This document shows positions 57,263 through 64,000 of a DNA stretch of 64,000 bases, piece by piece. Made by a program: the position numbers and the translations under genes. Within the stretch, counting starts at the first letter, position 1. Each line of letters opens with the position of its first letter. The notes beneath the pieces were generated by a model. That model did no database searches and was not told where the DNA came from. It saw only the letters and a list, made by a program, of their open reading frames with translations. This DNA comes from an uncultured virus (IMG/VR IMGVR_UViG_3300012933_000135) (Duplodnaviria; Heunggongvirae; Uroviricota; Caudoviricetes), in IMG/VR virus record IMGVR_UViG_3300012933_000135. One strand, written 5' to 3'.

Positions 57263-59522
57263 AGTTAATTTTGCCCATGATTTGTTTCATCATGTCAGTT
57301 GGATCCATTGAACCGCCTTGGGCTGGTAGTTTATTTTGCATTCCTTGCATCATACCGCCTACCTTTTTTTGAATATTTTGTCCAATTTGATCTGGCTTGC
57401 TAAAGTCTAACTCGGTGTCGTCAGAATCATCAGCACCAAACTTTGGCAATTTAAATTTTAAACTATTAGCCTTTTCCATAGCATCATTATAGCTAGCTGG
57501 CTTTCCATCGATAGAACCAGACGATGTGCTAGTCGAAGTTGCTCCTGGCATGCCTTTTATTTGACTCATCATAGAGTCAAAGTCTGGCATTTCCATTCCG
57601 CCTTCGTCAACTTCGCGGTCGTTAACACCTGCTAAACGTAGAATATCATTCTGTTGTTTAACATTCGATGGTGGGTCGATCTTGTCGATAAAGCTAAACA
57701 CTGTTTGCAACTCTTCTGGATTTGCAGCAGGGAATTCTTTTTCTAACTTGATCTTTAAACGCTCACCGCCGATTGTGAAATTCTTTTCTTCTCTGTTAAA
57801 GAAGCCGCTCATGAATTTCTTCATAGCTTCTAAGTCGTTGCCGTTATTCTCAAAACCACATTCCATCGGAGTCATTCCACACTCTTCGATAGCATCGTGC
57901 AATGTCATTGCTTTTCCTGCTATGTTAAATGTTGTGTCTAACTTTGCGCCAGCTGCTCTTGCTCTTTCAATAGCCATTTTAATGTGCTTGTGTTTTGTAG
58001 GCAAAAAGGCTTCAGCGACCGGAGCAGGTGCTGCTGGTGCAGGAGCAGGAGCTGCTGCAACTGGTTCTGGTGCTGCTGGTGCTTCTGGCTGTGCAGGAGG
58101 AACATCTTGTCCGCCAACTTCGCCGTCACCGCCACTAAAATCAATTCTTGGTAAAACTGCTGCAATTTCTCTGCTGTGTTTAGCCAAGTCAGTTAATACT
58201 GTTTCGATTGCAGATCTAGCATCAAGTTCGCCATCAGTATCTTCAAAGCTATCTAAAAACTCTGGGATTGGGATTAAATCTTTAAATGTGTTAACAATGT
58301 TAAGATTGCCACCTTTTACTTCTGACTTAAAAATATCATTAATTTCGTCAATTGCTTTTTCTTTTTCTTGGGCATTAGGATTTAATATTCCAGTCATGCC
58401 TTCGCCTTCTGCAACAATGTTATCTAAGAAAGATTCAAATTGATCTGCATCTGACTCTTCTTCGTATGCTTCTTCGACATCTTCCTCTTCTTCTGATTCT
58501 TCACTTAGTAAGTCATCAGGTGATAGTTCTTTAACTGGAATATCGCTTTCGCTTACTAGATTAAAGATGAATGGGAACGCTGTTTTTAAATCTTCATTGA
58601 ATGTGCGTACAGTTAAACGATCAACCCAATCATTTAATGTAGCTTCTGGAATGCTGCGAGTTGCTTGTTCTTCAAATGCTTCTGCAAATTGTTCGTAGTA
58701 TGATGGACGTTGTAGACTTAAGACTTGTTTCTTAACTGCTTCAATACGTTCCATTACTTTGCTAGTAATGTCGCCCATTGCTTCTGATAAAGCTTCGTTA
58801 CGGCTAACGTAACCTTTGAATTTACGTAATTGTGCTAGCTCTTCTGACAAACTAGTAATGTGTTTGCCGATTGCATCGTATGGAGTGCCACCATGTTTAA
58901 TGTGTTCAGCTAAAGCACGAGCACCATTTAAATGTTTAGTAGGATAACGGAATCTTTCGCCTACTGCGTTTTCGATGTAGATGCTGTCAATGTGCATAGT
59001 GCGACCAGCTGCAAGATCTGTATTAACTTGCTGGTTATGCTTAACAACTAGTCTTGCATTTTCGCCTAAGTCTTGGTAACTGATCTTTGTGTTACCATAC
59101 ATCTTATTTTCCATCATTGGTTCCATTGGTTCTTCCTTGCGAGTTGCTTTAAACTCGTAATCTCTTTTATCTAAATTGCTTTTACCAATGTTTTGTACAT
59201 CGAATTTTAACAAGCGATTTTTAGCAAATTTTCTTAAAGATCTAATAAAGTTGTATGCAATATGATGAGTTGTTTCATCTCTATCGTCAACTAGATCCCC
59301 GCTGATTTGTACAACAATACCGTCATCGGTATCGAGGGTAATTGTAATAGTTCCTAAAGTCTCGTCGTTTTCTTTGTATTCAAACTCAAAAAAACGAGCC
59401 TTCGGCACATCTTCTTCTTTGCTTAATACTTCTGCATGTTCGTCACCGATTTTTAAACCAGGGAAACGAGTTTCCAGCTTTCCGTATAAGTCTTTAGCAA
59501 TATTATCTAAATTAGCGTCCAT
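57252..59522 (-). CDS. Large acidic probable virion protein
   Basis: Start MDANL after TAAATA; GERF..P..HL.GARA.A.H...GG.PYD; follows terminase. Confidence 0.6.
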
Positions 59523-59532
59523 GTTATATTTA

Positions 59533-61128
59533 TCAGTTGTTTGAGGAAACGAATATAGGTAGCGGCGCTTCCCAATCATCGTCGTATCCACCGGCTACAC
59601 TCATAGTTTCGAATACACGAGGATCCCATTCAGCTAAAATAACACTCATACGCACAACAAGCAACAATGCTGCTACTAAGTCGTCGTGCTGTCCTGTTTT
59701 TGCCTTAAATGTTACTCCAGTTGCAATAAATGTCTTCAATTCACTGAGCAATGGACGACTGTTGATCGTCATTTTGTTTTCTTCAATAAGGAACTTCAAT
59801 CTAGCACAAGCTGAGATTTTATTACCATATGTAGTGTTAAATCCCTTACGGAACTTGCGGGCATGACCTTTCTTAACTGGTTCACTTACGAATAACCCAG
59901 GGAAAGTTTCTTCGCCTAAATCTGCAATAACGACTAGGGCAGCTTCACCTACTGTGTTGTTTTCACAAGACCAGTAGATGCTGTTGTTATTCTCCATTCC
60001 GATTTCTTCTTGGATATATTTTAATACATCTCGGAATATTTTAACCTGTCCTTGCACTGGTGTGATGTTGTGTTGCCACTCTGCAATCTGTGTCATGCTA
60101 GGTAATTCAAACACTTGAATAGCAGCATAGTCGCCACCTGTACCAAGGCTTGGATCAAGTGCAGTTAGATATAAATTACCAGCAGTGGGCTTCTTATACC
60201 ATCGAACTTGACCCATTTTTGTAATTGGTTCTCGTCCAACAAGTTCTGCTAACTTAATAGAGCTAATTAATGTTTCGTCGTAGACTAGGAATTCGCAGCC
60301 GTATTCACGACGGAAACGTTCTTCGCCAATACGCCCTAGTTCTTCTTTCTTCCATTCTTCATCACGATCAGGATGGTCACCCCAAAATGATCGATATCCG
60401 TGGAATCCGTTTCTACCAAGCCCAGTGTCGTTAACGTTACCGAACTCGTCAAACTTGTCTTGACTTTCTTTCCAGATTATCGCGAATGTATCTTCGTCGC
60501 TGTTCGGCGTTGAAGTGATAATCGCACGTCCACCAGTCGCAAGTGTAGGCGATATAGAAGTCCAAAACTCAGTTGCAATATTAGGTTGCACAAACGCAAA
60601 CTCGTCACAGTATAGTAGGGATATAGACATACCACGACCTGTGTTGCCAGTAGTAGTTGCAGAGACAATTCTTGATCCATTATCGAACTCCATTGAACCT
60701 TTGTTGTAACTTGTAACGCCACAACGAATATGATCAGGGCACAATTCGTATCCGTATCGGATACGTGCCATAATTTCTTGAGCACCCGTGTACTTGTGAG
60801 CAGCAACTAAAATAGTTTGATCGGGGTGAAACATTGCATACCATAATAGGTACGCACTTGCGCATGTAGTCTTTCCACTTTGTCGAGGTAACATGTTTAC
60901 GTTAAAACGATGATCGTGGTAAGAATGCAATAAACCAATTTGATATTCAAATGGTTCGAATAACAGCTTTCCTTTAACAGGATGCTGGATATAGAAAAAG
61001 TCTCTAGCAAAGTGTAAATATCCGTCAGTGGGGTCAGCACACTTTAACAAGTCTTGTACTTGATCTTCGCTAAACTTTTCTTGTGTATGCGCCTTTTTAA
61101 CAAGGACGCCTTCTAAACTTTTTGCCAT
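59533..61128 (-). CDS. Terminase large subunit (T4 gp17-like)
   Basis: PRQSGKTT, LYCDEFAF, ITSTPN, FRREY.CEF, LDPS.G.GGD, HDDLV. Confidence 0.95.
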   Translation of the reverse strand: MAKSLEGVLVKKAHTQEKFSEDQVQDLLKCADPTDGYLHFARDFFYIQHPVKGKLLFEPFEYQIGLLHSYHDHRFNVNMLPRQSGKTTCASAYLLWYAMFHPDQTILVAAHKYTGAQEIMARIRYGYELCPDHIRCGVTSYNKGSMEFDNGSRIVSATTTGNTGRGMSISLLYCDEFAFVQPNIATEFWTSISPTLATGGRAIITSTPNSDEDTFAIIWKESQDKFDEFGNVNDTGLGRNGFHGYRSFWGDHPDRDEEWKKEELGRIGEERFRREYGCEFLVYDETLISSIKLAELVGREPITKMGQVRWYKKPTAGNLYLTALDPSLGTGGDYAAIQVFELPSMTQIAEWQHNITPVQGQVKIFRDVLKYIQEEIGMENNNSIYWSCENNTVGEAALVVIADLGEETFPGLFVSEPVKKGHARKFRKGFNTTYGNKISACARLKFLIEENKMTINSRPLLSELKTFIATGVTFKAKTGQHDDLVAALLLVVRMSVILAEWDPRVFETMSVAGGYDDDWEAPLPIFVSSNN

Positions 61129-61142
61129 AAACTTATTTACAT

Positions 61143-61170
61143 AAAAAAACCACCCCGAAGGGTGGTTTTG
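61143..61170 (-). terminator. Intrinsic terminator
   Basis: AAAACCACCC-GAA-GGGTGGTTTT with flanking A/T runs. Confidence 0.8.
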
Positions 61171-61207
61171 GAAGGGTCTTAATCACCCTATACTGCACTG
61201 GTATTTC

Positions 61208-61987
61208 TTAACGAGTAGTTGTCTCAGCTTGCATTTGTGGTGCTTCGATTGCAACTTCACTTAGGTCTTGCGGATCAAGTTTATCTAACTCGTCGTCAAT
61301 TGCTCTAAACACAGGGTCGTTGTGATGTAATGCAATTCCGTCTTTAGTTGACACTTTTAGTGAACCGACCCATTTTGGCTCGTCGTCATGACTGCTTCCA
61401 AAGTCGATTGGGCAATCAACAAAATATTGATGACCGTTTACTGTTGCTGTGAACTCGCCATGACCGTGGTGTTCTAAAGAATTAACTTTAGGGTTGCCTG
61501 ATTGGTGTCTATGGTTTGTAGATACTGCTTCACGTAATTTAATTTCAGAATAATGATTTTGCAACCGTGTAACTAATGCTTCGTCCAATCCCATTGGATT
61601 GCCGCCACCGTTGACTTTCTCAGCTTCATCACCTTTACTGTGCATGTCATCGCCAGTTTGGGTAACTGCTTCAACACCTTGTGTTACTTCTGCAGGCTCG
61701 TTAGCATAACTGTCATCTAACTCAACGTTAACTTCTGGTTCTGCAACAACACCAAGCAATGCATCTGCATCGTGTTCTTCACCTTGCTCGATATTCTTTA
61801 ACAATGCCATTAGGTCTCGGATGCCACCAGCGCCGCTGCCGTTCATGCTGACGTTCATCGTAACTGAATCTTGTTGTCGAGGTGCATCGGATCCCATCAT
61901 GGCTCCCATCATAGGCATATCACCGCATTCGTTTACTGTGCCTTCATCAATTTGCTTGATGCGGTTAAAAATTTGATTGAAGTTCAT
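61208..61987 (-). CDS. Acidic hypothetical protein, probably head-associated
   Basis: ORF track; N-terminal ..IDE leader. Confidence 0.55.
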   Translation of the reverse strand: MNFNQIFNRIKQIDEGTVNECGDMPMMGAMMGSDAPRQQDSVTMNVSMNGSGAGGIRDLMALLKNIEQGEEHDADALLGVVAEPEVNVELDDSYANEPAEVTQGVEAVTQTGDDMHSKGDEAEKVNGGGNPMGLDEALVTRLQNHYSEIKLREAVSTNHRHQSGNPKVNSLEHHGHGEFTATVNGHQYFVDCPIDFGSSHDDEPKWVGSLKVSTKDGIALHHNDPVFRAIDDELDKLDPQDLSEVAIEAPQMQAETTTR

Positions 61988-62598
61988 TTTGTTTTTCCTT
62001 TTCTTGGATCAGGATTAGATGTTTTACTAAAAACTCCTGCGGTTCCAATTTTATCATTTGTCTTAGGTGCTTTTTCACTAGGCAATTTCTTTGCTAACAC
62101 TTCGTCGTTAGTTCCAGATACCTGTGTGCCCGCATGTTTGACTTTGTTCAAGTCCTTTAACAGACTCATAGTTTTCTTTTCGCCTACTAGGTCTTGATTA
62201 TTACTTGCATCATAATCTTTTCCTAATAATGCTTCACCACTTAGGTTATCATGTGCGTGATTAAGTTCAACTTCGGCTTCTTCTAAATTAGTGCGTACCT
62301 TGATACAATCTAATGATAGTTTTGCAGTCTCTGAAACTAGCGCTCTTACTTGTACACTAGTTACTGGGTAGCACACTGACACGTCAAATACAGTTACACT
62401 GATATTTTTGTGCTGAGGGAAGTCAACTTGACTTTCTTGAATTGGGGTGCTCTTGCCTGTTGACACTTTTTCAACTTTATATTCGCTTAGTGCGGACTTA
62501 ATTTGATTAGCACAATCTTTAGGGCAATCGCCAGCAACTTTGATCTTAAACTCGTAGACCTTTTTGCTTTCTGTTAGATATTCTTTAAATGATTTCAT
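61984..62598 (-). CDS. Hypothetical protein with T4-like capsid-targeting leader
   Basis: MKSFKEYLTE. Confidence 0.6.
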   Translation of the reverse strand: MKSFKEYLTESKKVYEFKIKVAGDCPKDCANQIKSALSEYKVEKVSTGKSTPIQESQVDFPQHKNISVTVFDVSVCYPVTSVQVRALVSETAKLSLDCIKVRTNLEEAEVELNHAHDNLSGEALLGKDYDASNNQDLVGEKKTMSLLKDLNKVKHAGTQVSGTNDEVLAKKLPSEKAPKTNDKIGTAGVFSKTSNPDPRKGKTK

Positions 62599-62619
62599 TA
62601 TATAATCCTGATACTATAT

Positions 62620-63105
62620 TTATTTCATACTCTTAAGTTTTTCAAGCAACGAATTTCGATCTGTTACGATAAATCCATCGCCGTTCAAGCTAATGCCAGG
62701 ATCTTCTCCGCCATTTGCATCTTGATCCATCTTCTGCTTTTTAAGTTGAAGCTCGATCATTTTTAATTTTTTGTCAATTTTAGCTGCTTTAGCATCAATA
62801 GCGTTCTTTAACATTCCGCCTGCAACTTCAAAAATACGACCACTGTATCTTGCTTCGACGTTCATACCTAGATCCATAAGATCATCATATGCGTCAGTCG
62901 CACGTTGCGCAAGTGCATCAAACTCTGCATCTGCTACATCGCCTAATCCCTTTACTTGTGGCAAACTAGCTGAAATTTTATCAAATTCTGCCATGTCACG
63001 TAGGAACGGTTGAGCAGCTTCAGCTTTAGCTGATGCCTTCTCTTCCTGCTTAACAATCTTCTTGCTTTCAGGTAAATTTAGTATTTCTTCAAGTCGTTTA
63101 GTCAT
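62620..63105 (-). CDS. Putative terminase small subunit (gp16-like)
   Basis: Helical, R.FEVA..MLK motif, C-terminal TDRN.LL; near the large terminase. Confidence 0.6.
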   Translation of the reverse strand: MTKRLEEILNLPESKKIVKQEEKASAKAEAAQPFLRDMAEFDKISASLPQVKGLGDVADAEFDALAQRATDAYDDLMDLGMNVEARYSGRIFEVAGGMLKNAIDAKAAKIDKKLKMIELQLKKQKMDQDANGGEDPGISLNGDGFIVTDRNSLLEKLKSMK

Positions 63106-63112
63106 ACATTAC

Positions 63113-63550
63113 TTATCTACTGCCCTGATGAAATAAATCATTTTCATTCAGGATTCTAAACTTAATTCCCTGCTGTTTACACCAAATATTAGCTGCTGCC
63201 CATTTGGCTTGATTCTTAACAAACTGGGCTTGATTATATTTGTTCTTGCCTACTTTTTCAATTAGCTGCTGACTAGAAGGTTTAATTTCTATTAGCTCTA
63301 CAACTACACGCATGTTCTTATCAACATATTGAATGAAAAAATCTGGTACATAAATCGTCTGTCTGCCAGTTAACGGGTCACGATACGGTATGTTGATAGC
63401 TTCACTTGCCCACTTCTGCACACTTTCATTTGTGTCGCAAAATCGCATAAAGCTCCATTCCCAACTGCTGCGGTATGTGGGTATTTTCTTCCCTACATAC
63501 TTTTCAGGTTTGGTCATTACAAACTTACCACGTGCAAACTTTGGTGCCAT
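63113..63550 (-). CDS. Head completion nuclease (T4 gp4/TnsA-like)
   Basis: P.KY.G....YRSSWE..FM..CD...W.SE...IPY...Y.PDF...EIKP...N.AKW. Confidence 0.88.
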   Translation of the reverse strand: MAPKFARGKFVMTKPEKYVGKKIPTYRSSWEWSFMRFCDTNESVQKWASEAINIPYRDPLTGRQTIYVPDFFIQYVDKNMRVVVELIEIKPSSQQLIEKVGKNKYNQAQFVKNQAKWAAANIWCKQQGIKFRILNENDLFHQGSR

Positions 63551-63551
63551 G

Positions 63552-63920
63552 TTAGACTAGAATGTTACGTGATTCAAACGAATCTGCAATAGGTGCTATT
63601 CTGTAACCTAGAACGCTTACCTTTTCTCTATATTCATTTAATACCTGTGCAACTACTTGACTTAGTTGTACATCAGTTAATGTTTTTAATGTGTCGATCA
63701 ATTCAAATACATTTACATTGTCTAGTCGTGCTTGATTTAATAGCACAATGCCTGTACTTCTTGCACTGTTTACGTCAAATCCTCTTTTTAAAAAGAATCC
63801 TAAGACTGCATCAATTTGATTACTAGGAAAGCTAACTTCATGGACAAAGAACTTGTCAAAGAACTGTTTAACTTCGCCTGAACTATCAACTGCATCTGCT
63901 GAAGGTAAATTGTTTATCAT
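63552..63920 (-). CDS. Hypothetical protein
   Basis: ORF track. Confidence 0.55.
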   Translation of the reverse strand: MINNLPSADAVDSSGEVKQFFDKFFVHEVSFPSNQIDAVLGFFLKRGFDVNSARSTGIVLLNQARLDNVNVFELIDTLKTLTDVQLSQVVAQVLNEYREKVSVLGYRIAPIADSFESRNILV

Positions 63921-64000
63921 AATATTTTAATTTGTTTAGCAACAGTTACTGACTTTAAAGGTGCGCTAGTTGGAAAAGATGTTCCTTGTATGCCGCTTAA

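Noticed and set aside
57682..58443. 253-aa plus-strand ORF
   Set aside because: Antisense shadow of the large acidic protein

Overview
This 64 kb window is part of a large T4-like (myovirus/jumbo-type) lytic dsDNA phage genome in the standard genetic code. Product calls come from motif recognition by eye; no database search was run. (1) 1-14 kb, minus strand: virion accessory and envelope-active genes (EndoG/NucA-like nuclease, fibre and collagen-like proteins, SGNH-lysozyme fusion, GH19, heptose epimerase-like). (2) 14-27.6 kb, plus strand: a ParB-like + HNH gene pair, then a dense run of small paralogous ORFs, many ending in an 'F-x-L-R/K-W' motif. (3) 27.6-39.4 kb: an early/host-takeover-like module with about 20 near-consensus sigma70 promoters, small genes and two tRNAs, bracketed by repeat-rich non-coding DNA. 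(4) 39.4-64 kb, mostly minus strand: replication, recombination and packaging core (helicase, primase, mini-DnaE, UvsW/Y/X, gp32 SSB, terminase subunits, gp4-like nuclease) with 2OG-Fe(II) oxygenases and a carbamoyltransferase domain. The most striking unexplained element is a structured non-coding RNA at about 39040-39220, at the end of the early module. It displays the same 15-mer twice in hairpin loops, and the UUCGCUCC core of that 15-mer is complementary to an extended Shine-Dalgarno motif (GGAGCGA) found at 8 early-gene ribosome-binding sites. It is a candidate phage sRNA for switching off early-gene translation.
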